NCBI GenBank assembly: GCA_044359385.1
Contig: JBIKMG010000003.1
Location: forward strand, 2,836 to 66,835
Direction: 5' to 3'
Length of the DNA stretch: 64,000 bases
Source: Coxiellaceae bacterium
GTDB taxonomy: Bacteria > Pseudomonadota > Gammaproteobacteria > JAJRRL01
Part shown: positions 1 to 9,139 of the stretch, one piece after another
Numbering within the stretch: the stretch's first letter is position 1
Layout of the letters: each line of letters begins with the position of its first letter
The notes under the pieces: model-generated
The model's input: the letters and a program-made list of their open reading frames with translations, nothing else
Told to the model about the DNA's origin: nothing
The model's database searches: none
Position numbers and translations under genes: made by a program

Positions 1-628
1 TAATAACACCACCTTCACCTTGGATGGGCTCAACCAAAAAAGCAGCTGTATTTTCATTGATTGCGTTTTCAAGAGCCGTTGTATCGTTGAAAGGAATCGG
101 CTTAAAGCCTGCGGTGAATGGACCAAAGCCATCTTTGTATTGCCCACAGGTAGAAAAACCAATAATGGTTGTTGTGCGTCCATGAAAGTTATTTTCAGCG
201 ACGATAATCTCTGCTTTTTGGGGTGTAACTCCCTTTTTCTTATATGCCCATTTTCGTGCAACTTTGATCGCAGTTTCAACAGCTTCAGCGCCTGTATTCA
301 TCGGCAACGCCACTTCAAAGCCCGTTAATTGGCAGAGAGCTTTCATAAATGGGCATAGTTTTGTGTGAGAAAAGGCACGTGAAGTCATGCAAAGCTTCGA
401 TAATTGCTCTGTCGCAGTTGCTAGGATCTTAGGATGACAGTGTCCAAAATTAAGGGCCGAATAAGCACTCGTGCAATCGATATACCGTTTTCCATGGGTG
501 TCTGTTAGGTAAATTCCGTTACCTGACGCTAAAACAACCGGTAACGGATCGTAATTTTGTGCACAATAGCAGAGATTTGAAACTTGTTCTGATGAGTCTG
601 AAAGGCAGCAACGGGGTCGATTATTCAT
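1..628 (-). CDS. rocD: Ornithine aminotransferase (class III PLP aminotransferase), C-terminally truncated by the window edge
   Basis: The reverse translation from the ATG at 628 reads MNNRPRCC...GNGIYLTDTHGKRYIDC...MNTGAEAVETAIKVARKWAY...FLVEPIQGEGGVI, typical of OAT and acetylornithine-aminotransferase family proteins. The ATG lies 3 nt after the arginase stop. It is not in the ORF track because it runs off the window. Confidence 0.75.
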   Translation of the reverse strand, partial: MNNRPRCCLSDSSEQVSNLCYCAQNYDPLPVVLASGNGIYLTDTHGKRYIDCTSAYSALNFGHCHPKILATATEQLSKLCMTSRAFSHTKLCPFMKALCQLTGFEVALPMNTGAEAVETAIKVARKWAYKKKGVTPQKAEIIVAENNFHGRTTTIIGFSTCGQYKDGFGPFTAGFKPIPFNDTTALENAINENTAAFLVEPIQGEGGVI

Positions 629-630
629 CG

Positions 631-1491
631 TTAAACTCCTGGCTCTATAGTTTGAATAACCGCAGAAATGTATTTTTCAGTGATTTGGTTCTGGTCTAGA
701 TCTGGGTTGAATTCAACAATTTCATAACCAATCAGCGCTTTGTCATTGGAAAGCTGCCTAAGGGCACTTAAACAATCATCAGCCCTGATTCCATTGGGGA
801 CAGGAGTCCCAACAGCTGGAATATCCTGGGGATCAATACCATCTAAATCAAAACTAAACCCATAATAGGTTGTATTTCTTTTAACGTATTGGATGGCCTC
901 TTTCATGATAGACTCCATTCCACGTTGAGCCACATCGGTATTGTAAAAAATTTTAACACCCAAAGAGTTAAGTAATTGATGCTCTTCTGTTTCGTAGTCT
1001 CTAATTCCAATCATGACTAGGTTTTCAGGCTTTAGCTTTTGTTTGGTATGTGTGATGCTGATTAAGTTCTTATCACCATAACCGAGTAGTGCCGCTACCG
1101 GCATGCCATGAACATTGCCCGTATGTGTTGTTTCAGGGGTATGCGCATCACAATGTGCGTCAATCCAAATTAACCCAAAATCAGCATTCAAAGCAGCTGA
1201 AACACCTGACCAGGTTCCGATGGCGCAAGAGTGATCGCCACCAATGATCAAAAAAAATTGGTTTGATTTTATGGCATCAAAAACCGATTGCGCGAGTTGT
1301 TCATTGGCTTTGACAATACCGAATAATTTCCCAGAGTCATCACTGGCTTCAGGAGCAGTAATTGTTTCTTTCCAGTACGCACAGGGAGGTAAAAAGGAGG
1401 AGTTTTTAATAACGTTCGGACCTTTTTTAGTTCCAGGATTCCCCGCGCCAATCCCAATTTCAATTCCGATAGTCGTTATTGTTTTTTTCAT
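631..1491 (-). CDS. Arginase (ureohydrolase family)
   Basis: GGDHS and DAHCDAHT/SFDLDGIDP manganese-binding motifs of the arginase/agmatinase family. It is immediately upstream of, and co-oriented with, the ornithine aminotransferase. The preferred start is M7 (ATG at 1491), which has an AAGGA RBS and avoids overlap with the upstream ABC-F stop. Confidence 0.7.
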   Translation of the reverse strand: MKKTITTIGIEIGIGAGNPGTKKGPNVIKNSSFLPPCAYWKETITAPEASDDSGKLFGIVKANEQLAQSVFDAIKSNQFFLIIGGDHSCAIGTWSGVSAALNADFGLIWIDAHCDAHTPETTHTGNVHGMPVAALLGYGDKNLISITHTKQKLKPENLVMIGIRDYETEEHQLLNSLGVKIFYNTDVAQRGMESIMKEAIQYVKRNTTYYGFSFDLDGIDPQDIPAVGTPVPNGIRADDCLSALRQLSNDKALIGYEIVEFNPDLDQNQITEKYISAVIQTIEPGV

Positions 1492-1492
1492 T

Positions 1493-3334
1493 TTAGTCCT
1501 TAGTTTCATCTCGCTTTTGTTCTATATCAAACCAATCTGCTTGTTTTTGATCCAATTTTTTTTGAAGCGCTTGTTTTTTTTCTTGTAGTGTATTGGATTC
1601 TATCATCGTGTCAGCTTTGTATAAGCTAGGACAGGTTAGTTTTTCATTGAGAGAAGTCATTTGATTTTCAAGGACTTTAATTTCGTTCTCCAGTCGTTGA
1701 GATTGCTTTTTTAACTGTTGTTTATCCAGGATAATTGTTTTTGGTTTTTTAGTGGATTTTGACTCACCGGCTTCATCTAGAACAAGTGCTTGATAATCCG
1801 AAAATTCACCTGAAAATCGAGATACTCGGTGGTTTTTAACGAGTACATATTCATCCACGCAGCTGCTTAGGAGGTGACGATCGTGAGAAACGATCAGTAA
1901 TGTCCCTGTAAAGCTTTGCAGTGCCAAAATTAATGCTTCTCGCATAGTGATGTCTAGATGGTTAGTGGGCTCATCAAGAATTAAGATGTTTGGTTTTTTA
2001 AGGACTAAAAGAGCAAGCGCGACGCGAGCGACTTCACCGCCAGAGAAAGTAGCGATTTTTTCAAAGACCTTGTCACCTTGAAAATTAAAGCTTCCCAAGT
2101 ATCTTCGAACTTCGCTCTCACGTATGTTTCGATCATGATTTTGTAGAATTTCAAAAGGACTGCACTGGGTATCTAAGGTCTCTATCTGCTGTTGAGAATA
2201 GTAACCCACGCGTACTTGAGGTTGTATAATATTTTCACCTTGAATTAAAGGAATCTCACCAAATAGGCTTTTTAGGAAGGTTGTTTTTCCTGAGCCATTG
2301 CTACCAATAACGCCGAGGCGTTCACCGGTGCCAATGTTGAAGCTGACATGCTCAAGAATTGGTTTATTTCCATAGCCGAGCTTTCCGGTGAGTGTGATGG
2401 CTGGATACGGAATAGGGGTTGTTTCTGAAAATGCAAAGCTAAAACCAGATTCTTCCTCTAAATCAGCAGAAAAGCTCAGTTTCTCCAGTGCTTTTAAACG
2501 TGACTGCGCCTGTTTTGCTTTGCTGGCTTTTGCACGAAAGCGGTCAACGAAAGATTGCATGTGAGCACGTTTAGCATCTACTTTTACTTTTGCTTTTCCT
2601 TGAAGGATTAGTTGTTCTTGCAGTTGACGAGCAAATTCAGTATATCCTCCCCGATATTTTTTCAAGCGCTGTTGAGATAAATGTAACGAATGTGTCGTCG
2701 TTGCATCTAAAAAATCGCGATCATGTGAAATAATTAAGACGCAAGCTTTGGAACTTTGCAACCAGGACTCAAGCCAAAGAGCCGATTCTAAGTCAAGGTG
2801 GTTAGTCGGCTCATCCAGTAGTAGAAGTTCACAGCGCGATAGTAAAACTTTCGCTAACTGAACGCGCATTTGCCACCCACCAGAAAAAGACTCAACCGGT
2901 CGACTCAACTCTTCAAGCGAAAATCCCAGGCCTCTGCAAATTTTACTTGCACGAGCCTCGATATTATAACCGTCGATCATCGCTAATTGTTCGTGGGAGT
3001 CGGCTATGACGCCAAGATTGTTTTCCGCTTCAGCCCGCGTTAATTGATCCATGATTTGAACCCACTTTAAGTCACCTTGACAGGCTGTTTCGAGCACTGT
3101 TCCACCGCATTTAGGTAGGTTTTGAGCGAGAACACCTAGGTCCCAATCGTTGGGATATGAAATGCTGCCTGATTCAAGAGCTAGCGTACCTATGATTGCA
3201 TTGAATAAACTCGATTTACCAGAGCCATTTCTGCCAATGACACCGATGCGTTCTTTTTCAGCAAAGCTCGCTGATGCACCCAATAACAGGTGTTTAGAAC
3301 CGGCAATCAGACTTAGGTTGGATAGTTGAAGCAT
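1493..3334 (-). CDS. uup: ABC-F family ATPase with two ABC domains and a C-terminal coiled coil (Uup-like)
   Basis: Two Walker A motifs (GRNGSGKSS, GSNGSGKTT) and two ABC signature motifs (LSGGWQMR, FSGGEVAR), no TM domain, and a long K/E/Q-rich coiled-coil tail. The start is placed at the ATG (M11) with an AGGA RBS. The N-terminus aligns with E. coli Uup. Confidence 0.75.
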   Translation of the reverse strand: MLQLSNLSLIAGSKHLLLGASASFAEKERIGVIGRNGSGKSSLFNAIIGTLALESGSISYPNDWDLGVLAQNLPKCGGTVLETACQGDLKWVQIMDQLTRAEAENNLGVIADSHEQLAMIDGYNIEARASKICRGLGFSLEELSRPVESFSGGWQMRVQLAKVLLSRCELLLLDEPTNHLDLESALWLESWLQSSKACVLIISHDRDFLDATTTHSLHLSQQRLKKYRGGYTEFARQLQEQLILQGKAKVKVDAKRAHMQSFVDRFRAKASKAKQAQSRLKALEKLSFSADLEEESGFSFAFSETTPIPYPAITLTGKLGYGNKPILEHVSFNIGTGERLGVIGSNGSGKTTFLKSLFGEIPLIQGENIIQPQVRVGYYSQQQIETLDTQCSPFEILQNHDRNIRESEVRRYLGSFNFQGDKVFEKIATFSGGEVARVALALLVLKKPNILILDEPTNHLDITMREALILALQSFTGTLLIVSHDRHLLSSCVDEYVLVKNHRVSRFSGEFSDYQALVLDEAGESKSTKKPKTIILDKQQLKKQSQRLENEIKVLENQMTSLNEKLTCPSLYKADTMIESNTLQEKKQALQKKLDQKQADWFDIEQKRDETKD

Positions 3335-3374
3335 AAAAGTCCTGCAAAAGCCGGATACTAACACAGCTTAATGA

Positions 3375-3599
3375 CTAATTGTACATGCAGGCCCAGTTAG
3401 CATTCGGATGATAACGATTATGCCAGCGTTGACAACGATGCAGTGCAATTCGGCAAGCGCGAGGGCCTTCTGCTGACCAGTTACGACCTTGGTAATCGTG
3501 TACTGAGCAGACGCCTGGGCCTTGCTCAACGATGGTTGTGCAACCCGCAAGGGATGCGAGCACAAGGAAGGAGCTGGCTAATTTTAAAGAGTAACTCAA
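3375..3599 (-). CDS. Small Cys-rich lipoprotein (signal peptide plus lipobox LAGC)
   Basis: N-terminal MSYSLKLASSFLVLASLAGCTT reads as a lipoprotein signal with lipobox. The protein is 74 aa with 6 Cys. No recognisable family. Confidence 0.4.
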   Translation of the reverse strand: MSYSLKLASSFLVLASLAGCTTIVEQGPGVCSVHDYQGRNWSAEGPRACRIALHRCQRWHNRYHPNANWACMYN

Positions 3600-3690
3600 C
3601 GTAATTCTCCTAGTAAAATGAGGTCATCCTAGTATAGTCGATTGTATTAAAAAGGAAGAGGCGGATTTTTTAGAGGGTGTTTCGTATGAT

Positions 3691-4803
3691 CTAATGAGGG
3701 CTTTCTATCAGCTGGCGAATAACCGGTATGAGTTCTGCATGGCTAGCTGGCGGTAAGTATTTAAAAATAGTGCTCATTTTTTTTCGACTGGTCGGGTTTT
3801 GGAGCAGATCTAGGGTATGCCTAGCGATGTTTTCAGCAGTTGCTTCAGATTGAATGAGTTCGTGAACTAAGGTTTGTTGACAGACAATGTTACACAGTGC
3901 GATATAAGGCGTTTTAATGAATAGTTTAGCCAGCACATAATTAAAGGGGCTGATTTTGTAAATAACGGTCATGGGGAGTTGATGACAAGCAGCTTCCAGG
4001 GTGATTGTGCCTGAAACGACGATGCCGGCATCGGCTGCACGAAAAATATCGGTTAATTCTTTGTTGGGGATGATTCGAATAGCACTAGGTAACGAAGCTA
4101 ATTGCTCGTGTGAAACAGAGGATGCCTGCAGTAGTGCAAATTGAGTATGCGGCAAATACTGGGTTGTCGCTATTAGAATAGGCAGTAAAAGACGGATTTC
4201 CGTAGGGCGAGAGCCTGGGCAAATTACAACGAGTGGTGTGTTTATATTAAATCCGAGCCGTTTTCTCGCGTTTAAATCTACGTGGTTACAGGGCGACGTG
4301 TTTTTCGCTAAGAAATGACCCACGACGGTGCAGGGGACGGTTGCTTTTGAATAAATTGTTTTTTCAAAGGGGAAAAAAACAGCGATGTGATCAACAGCAC
4401 GCCGAATCGTTTTTAAACGACAGGCTTTCCATGCCCAAATTTGTGGGCTGACATAATATAAAACACGACAATGATGCTTTTTAGCGAGTTTGGCAAAACG
4501 CAAATTCATGCCGGGATAGTCAACTAAAATAACCAGTGGCGAAGATGTCTTCACGATGGATTTTAGCTTCCTCCATGCTCGCCAAAGGGGCGCTATTTTT
4601 GGGATGACTTCTAAAAAACCAATAATGGCTAAATTGTTGTTATCGACTAAGATCTCCATTCCAGCATTTTCTAGCGCTTTGCCGCCCATTCCAGCGATAC
4701 GCATTCCGGGTAAGTGTTCGTGGATGTCTTGTATTAGTTGCAGGGCTAGCTGGTCGCCGGATTTTTCGCCACTGAGTAAGAGGATATCGACGGGCTTTTT
4801 CAT
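3691..4803 (-). CDS. lpxB: Lipid-A-disaccharide synthase
   Basis: The N-terminus LLLSGEKSGDQLALQLIQDI...GMGG..LE and overall length match the LpxB family (GT19). Confidence 0.85.
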   Translation of the reverse strand: MKKPVDILLLSGEKSGDQLALQLIQDIHEHLPGMRIAGMGGKALENAGMEILVDNNNLAIIGFLEVIPKIAPLWRAWRKLKSIVKTSSPLVILVDYPGMNLRFAKLAKKHHCRVLYYVSPQIWAWKACRLKTIRRAVDHIAVFFPFEKTIYSKATVPCTVVGHFLAKNTSPCNHVDLNARKRLGFNINTPLVVICPGSRPTEIRLLLPILIATTQYLPHTQFALLQASSVSHEQLASLPSAIRIIPNKELTDIFRAADAGIVVSGTITLEAACHQLPMTVIYKISPFNYVLAKLFIKTPYIALCNIVCQQTLVHELIQSEATAENIARHTLDLLQNPTSRKKMSTIFKYLPPASHAELIPVIRQLIESPH

Positions 4804-5771
4804 ATATTTGAATTGATACGGTATTTGATATTATGGAGTTGTACACTTTGGGTAATGGATAAAGCAGTTTCAAGTGCTGTGCGACCAGCGACTCCATCAA
4901 CTTGAGGTTGACGTTTTTCAGTGATGCAGTCTAAAAATTCAGAAATCTCAATTAACAAAGCATCATTTTTTTTCAGTCGCTTCGACTCACGTTGAATGAC
5001 CTGAAATCCATTGTGTATCTCATCTGTCAATGTGTTGAATTGCATGCGTCCGTTTTGTAGATCAATGTCGACATAACTTTGATTTTGGATGATATGGAGT
5101 TGGCGTTGATTTCGGTGATTGATTCGGCTGGCAGTCGCATTGGCGACACAGCCATTTTTGAATTGAATGCGTGCATTGGCAATATCAATAGAGTGACTGA
5201 GGACGCTTTCGCCCGTTGCGTTAATACTTTCAATTGGAGAATTGACCATCGATTGAATAAGGTCAATATCGTGAATCATCAGATCTAAAATGACATTTAC
5301 ATCAGTGACACGAGGTTGAAAGCAAGAGAGGCGAGTGGAAGAGATAAAGCGAGGCTCTTTTACCCAAGAACGGATTTCTTGAATTACGCTATTGAAGCGT
5401 TCTAGGTGTCCAATTTGAAGGATGAGGTCTTGGCTCTTGGCGAGTTGGATGAGTTCATCCGCTTGTGTAAGCGTATTGGTCATTGGTTTTTCAAGCAAAA
5501 CATGCTTACCTGCTGTTAGGCAATGTTTGGCGATAGTGTAATGCGCTGAGGTCGTGCAGACAATGCTAATAGCATCTACCTGATTTAAGAAATCAAAATA
5601 ATGGGTATAGGCAGTCGAGCCTGTTTCATGTGCAATCGCTTCTGCTTTCGTTAAATCAAGGTCACAAACAGCAACTAACTGACTGATGGGCAGTTGAGCG
5701 TATTTTTGTGCATGAAAGCGACCGAGATAGCCGCAGCCGATGACCGCTGTCCGTATGGGTCTGCCTATCAT
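4800..5771 (-). CDS. Gfo/Idh/MocA-family NAD(P)-dependent oxidoreductase, translationally coupled to lpxB (GnnA-like candidate)
   Basis: N-terminal Rossmann motif VIGCGYLGRFH plus the EKP motif (LLEKPMT) of the Gfo/Idh/MocA family. Its stop TGA overlaps the lpxB ATG (ATGA at 4800-4803). Confidence 0.8.
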   Translation of the reverse strand: MIGRPIRTAVIGCGYLGRFHAQKYAQLPISQLVAVCDLDLTKAEAIAHETGSTAYTHYFDFLNQVDAISIVCTTSAHYTIAKHCLTAGKHVLLEKPMTNTLTQADELIQLAKSQDLILQIGHLERFNSVIQEIRSWVKEPRFISSTRLSCFQPRVTDVNVILDLMIHDIDLIQSMVNSPIESINATGESVLSHSIDIANARIQFKNGCVANATASRINHRNQRQLHIIQNQSYVDIDLQNGRMQFNTLTDEIHNGFQVIQRESKRLKKNDALLIEISEFLDCITEKRQPQVDGVAGRTALETALSITQSVQLHNIKYRINSNI

Positions 5772-5886
5772 AGTGTCCTCTCCCTGGTGGGCTTAAATAG
5801 TCGAGAGTTTCTCATCCTTTCACCGCAGGATCAAGTTGAATTAGGTTAGAACACGGGTTAGTCTGATTCTTTTTTGAGCGAGAAAA

Positions 5887-6336
5887 GTGGTGGAAGATCT
5901 TGATTGGATGAGGCAAGCGTTAACGGCAGCAAAAACAGCGACTGCACAGGGTGAAGTTCCAGTAGGCGCTGTTTGTGTCGCTGATGGGAAGTTGTTATCT
6001 TTTGCCGGCAATGCCTCTATTGGACTGCATGATCCAACTGCGCATGCTGAGATTTTGGCAATGCGGCAAGCAGCACAAAAGCGTGAGAATTATCGACTAC
6101 CTGGCGTTACGCTATATGTTACATTAGAGCCTTGTGCCATGTGTGTGGGTGCAATGATTCATGCTCGGATTGAAAAATTAGTATTTGGTGCTAGCGACCC
6201 ACGAACGGGTTCAGTCGTGAGTGTTAGGCAGATGCTGGATGAGGCAAGTCATAATCATCGAATTGAATATAAGGGTGGTTTGTGTGCACAGGAATCAGCC
6301 GATTTATTGCGGGCATTTTTTATAGCTAGGCGCTAG
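5887..6336 (+). CDS. tadA: tRNA adenosine(34) deaminase
   Basis: HAE...PCAMC zinc-binding deaminase motifs. WMRQALTAAK matches the E. coli TadA N-terminus. The exact start is uncertain (GTG at 5887 or ATG at 5908). Confidence 0.85.
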   Translation: MVEDLDWMRQALTAAKTATAQGEVPVGAVCVADGKLLSFAGNASIGLHDPTAHAEILAMRQAAQKRENYRLPGVTLYVTLEPCAMCVGAMIHARIEKLVFGASDPRTGSVVSVRQMLDEASHNHRIEYKGGLCAQESADLLRAFFIARR

Positions 6337-6383
6337 AATCTTCGTTATACTTCGCGCATTGTTGTACAACCCAGGAGGTTATC

Positions 6384-6911
6384 ATGTCGCTTGCCACATT
6401 AAGTCCCGGTAAAAATATCCCAGAAGAATTGAATGTTGTGATTGAGATCACGCCACAAACCGGTCGTGTTAAATATGAATTGGACAAAGATACGGGCTTG
6501 TTGCGCGTAGATCGTTTTATGACGACGACGATGATTTATCCTTGTTTGTATGGGTATGTTCCTAATACGTTGGGAGAAGACGGCGATCCATTGGATGTGT
6601 TGGTTTTATCTCCAGACCCTGTTTTGCCAGGAACTTGGATGACGGCTCGACCAATTGGGGTGTTGAATATGGAAGATGAGGCGGGTGGCGATGCAAAAAT
6701 TTTAGCACTACCAACAAAAAAAGGCTGTCCTCAAATGGCTCATCTGAATGTGTTGGAGGATATCCCTGATCTAGAGCTTAAGCGAATTGCACACTTTTTT
6801 GCGCACTATAAAGATTTAGAAGAAAATAAGTGGGTTAAGGTGGCTGGCTGGGAAGGAAAAGAATCGGCTTTTCAGATTATTCGTGATGCGGTGGCCCGTC
6901 ATCTCGGTTGA
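6384..6911 (+). CDS. ppa: Inorganic pyrophosphatase
   Basis: 175 aa, with the family I PPase core DGDPLDVLV and the usual length. Confidence 0.9.
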   Translation: MSLATLSPGKNIPEELNVVIEITPQTGRVKYELDKDTGLLRVDRFMTTTMIYPCLYGYVPNTLGEDGDPLDVLVLSPDPVLPGTWMTARPIGVLNMEDEAGGDAKILALPTKKGCPQMAHLNVLEDIPDLELKRIAHFFAHYKDLEENKWVKVAGWEGKESAFQIIRDAVARHLG

Positions 6912-6985
6912 TTCAGCAGCTGCTTCATGAGAAAGGCCAACCGTAGCAAACGTTAAAATAATCCAAGAACGAAAGGGAGTAGATC

Positions 6986-8263
6986 ATGGATCAGGTGAAA
7001 AGCGCGCGTGCATGGTTGGTTTTTATAATCGCAGCACTGGGCATTCCGTATCAGTTTTATTTGCAGTCTACGCCTGGCGTCATGGTTGCGGGCTTGTATC
7101 AATCTTTTGGCTTAAATGCAACACAAATCGGAATATTGACCTCTTGTTTTTTTTACACCTATCTGGCTTTACAGGTTCCAGCGGGTATATTGGTGGATGC
7201 CATTGGAGCTAGGCGCTCTTTGATGTTAGGCATAGTGGGTTGCGTATTCGGTTGTGCTTTGTTTGCTGGTGCACCGAACTACAGTTTTGCTATTGCAGCA
7301 CGTTTGATCATGGGTTTATCGGCTTCTTTTTTTGTACCTGCAGCGATGGTGACAGCACAAAGTTGGCATCCAGTATCTCGCTTTGCGATGCTTGCTGGTT
7401 TGGGTGAAAGCATTGGGATGGCGGGTGGTGGTTTAGGTGAGTACGCAATGGGTAAGGGAATGGCACTCATAGGATGGCGTGGATCCATGTGGGCCTCAAC
7501 AGTGGCAGGAATAGTGGTCTTAATATTAATTGCCTTTATTGTCCGTGATCGACGCATGAACTGTGAAAAAAGAGTCGAAAAATCAGCGCTTAGGCAATTG
7601 CAAGAAATGCGGCATTGTTTTGCTTGTGTGGTAAAGCTTCCCAAGCTTTGGTTAATTGCCTTATTTGCTGCTTTGACTTTTGGTCCTCTTGCTGCCTTTG
7701 CTGGCCTTTGGGTTGTGCCCTATTTGCAATTGCGTTTCCATTTGCACATAGACCATGCTGCTTTTTTTGGCGCCGTAATTTTTATAGGTGTTGCATTTTG
7801 TGCGCCAGTTTGTGGTTTTTGGTATCAACGCAGTGACAATAAAAAAGTTATGTTAAGATCGCTGACTGCCTGTGCCTGCCTCTTGTTTACCGGAATATTG
7901 TATTTGCCGATGTCGATTTCGTGGATTTTTCCAGCGATGTTATTGTTGGGTGCCTTTTCCTGTGTTTATGTCTTGAGTTTTGGTTTGATACCAGAAGTAG
8001 TCCCTTGTCATTTACGAGGAGCCGCAGTGGGATTGGTAAATATGGGGTCGATGGTCATTGGTGCGCCCATTTTACAACCTGCTATCGGTTGGTGGCTGCG
8101 TAGAGCACCGCAAAATCCAGAGGCTATTTTAGCCCATTATCAGCAATCACTCTGCGTATTATCGATCGGTCTGTTGATAGGCCTTGTCTTGGTTTCCTGG
8201 TTGCCGGTTCCAAGGAAGCAGCGAGAAGAAAATTCATTCGTGGATATCATGACTCGAAGCTAG
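6986..8263 (+). CDS. MFS-family transporter
   Basis: About 12 predicted TM helices with a central charged loop, giving a typical MFS architecture. Substrate is unknown. Confidence 0.7.
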   Translation: MDQVKSARAWLVFIIAALGIPYQFYLQSTPGVMVAGLYQSFGLNATQIGILTSCFFYTYLALQVPAGILVDAIGARRSLMLGIVGCVFGCALFAGAPNYSFAIAARLIMGLSASFFVPAAMVTAQSWHPVSRFAMLAGLGESIGMAGGGLGEYAMGKGMALIGWRGSMWASTVAGIVVLILIAFIVRDRRMNCEKRVEKSALRQLQEMRHCFACVVKLPKLWLIALFAALTFGPLAAFAGLWVVPYLQLRFHLHIDHAAFFGAVIFIGVAFCAPVCGFWYQRSDNKKVMLRSLTACACLLFTGILYLPMSISWIFPAMLLLGAFSCVYVLSFGLIPEVVPCHLRGAAVGLVNMGSMVIGAPILQPAIGWWLRRAPQNPEAILAHYQQSLCVLSIGLLIGLVLVSWLPVPRKQREENSFVDIMTRS

Positions 8264-8322
8264 GTGACAGGTGTATTGGTATTCGATTCTTGGTATGATG
8301 AGCCCTTGTTTTATTTCTGGGA

Positions 8323-9036
8323 GTGAAATATATGATGAAGCGTTATTTAGTAACGGTCGTAGCAGCGTCGGTCTTGATTCCAGCGCTTTCAGTCGCGGCT
8401 TTACCATTGATTTCTGATCAAGATAAGCTAAGTTACGCGATGGGCTACACCACGGGTCAGGCTTTGGTGCAACATAAAATTGCATTGAATATCCCTGCGT
8501 ATAGTGCGGGTTTGAAAACGGGACTATCGAGTGAAAGCCCCGCTTTGACAGCAGAGCAAATGAGCGAAACACTACAAAATTTCCAGAAGCAACAAATTAA
8601 AAAAATGACTCAAGAGCGTTTGACACAAGCTGAAAAAAATGACCAAGTTGGTCGTGCGTTTTTGGAAAAAAACAAAACTCAATCCGGAGTGATCACTTTA
8701 GCGGATGGATTGCAGTATAAGGTGTTGACGACAGGCGCAGGTGCTTCGCCCGCTTTGACTGACAGTGTTACAGTCAATTACGAGGGTAAATTATTAAACG
8801 GTACAATCTTTGATAGCTCATATAAGCGTAATAAGCCGATTACATTTCCGGTTAATGGTGTCATCAAAGGTTGGCAGGAGGCATTGACTTTGATGCAACC
8901 CGGTGCAACATGGGAAGTGTATATTCCTGCTAACTTAGCTTATGGTTCTTCGGGTGTTCCTGGCAGTGAAATAGGCCCCAATGAAACCCTGGTTTTTAAA
9001 ATCAATCTGGTTTCTGTCAGTAAGGCCCTGAAGTAA
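8323..9036 (+). CDS. mip: Mip-like FKBP-type peptidyl-prolyl cis-trans isomerase (signal peptide, dimerisation helix, C-terminal FKBP domain)
   Basis: N-terminal signal peptide, a long helical region, and a C-terminal FKBP domain (GVIKGWQEAL...YGSSGVPG.IGPNETLVFKI...). It is followed by a rho-independent terminator. Confidence 0.85.
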   Translation: MKYMMKRYLVTVVAASVLIPALSVAALPLISDQDKLSYAMGYTTGQALVQHKIALNIPAYSAGLKTGLSSESPALTAEQMSETLQNFQKQQIKKMTQERLTQAEKNDQVGRAFLEKNKTQSGVITLADGLQYKVLTTGAGASPALTDSVTVNYEGKLLNGTIFDSSYKRNKPITFPVNGVIKGWQEALTLMQPGATWEVYIPANLAYGSSGVPGSEIGPNETLVFKINLVSVSKALK

Positions 9037-9073
9037 CAGGAATTGCTGCTAAAGTCACGACTTTAAAATCTTA

Positions 9074-9107
9074 AAGGCAGCGCAAGGAAAGCGCTGCCTT
9101 TTTTTTA
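9074..9107 (+). terminator. Rho-independent terminator after mip
   Basis: GGCAGCGC-AAGGAAA-GCGCTGCC hairpin followed by a T8 tract. Confidence 0.65.
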
Positions 9108-9139
9108 AACCTCCAGGGACGTTTTTGGGAGTTTCTCCA

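Noticed and set aside
20-328. 102-aa plus-strand ORF at the window start
   Set aside because: It lies entirely antisense to a strongly conserved ornithine aminotransferase reading frame on the minus strand. It is Cys-rich and composition-biased, typical of a spurious antisense ORF.
1244-1588. 114-aa plus-strand ORF and 64-aa minus ORF inside the arginase gene
   Set aside because: Both are embedded in, or antisense to, the arginase CDS with no independent support.
3368-3565. 65-aa alternative-frame ORF overlapping the small lipoprotein gene
   Set aside because: It is in the same region as the 74-aa ORF, which has a proper lipoprotein signal and lipobox. Only one can be real, and the lipoprotein frame is preferred.
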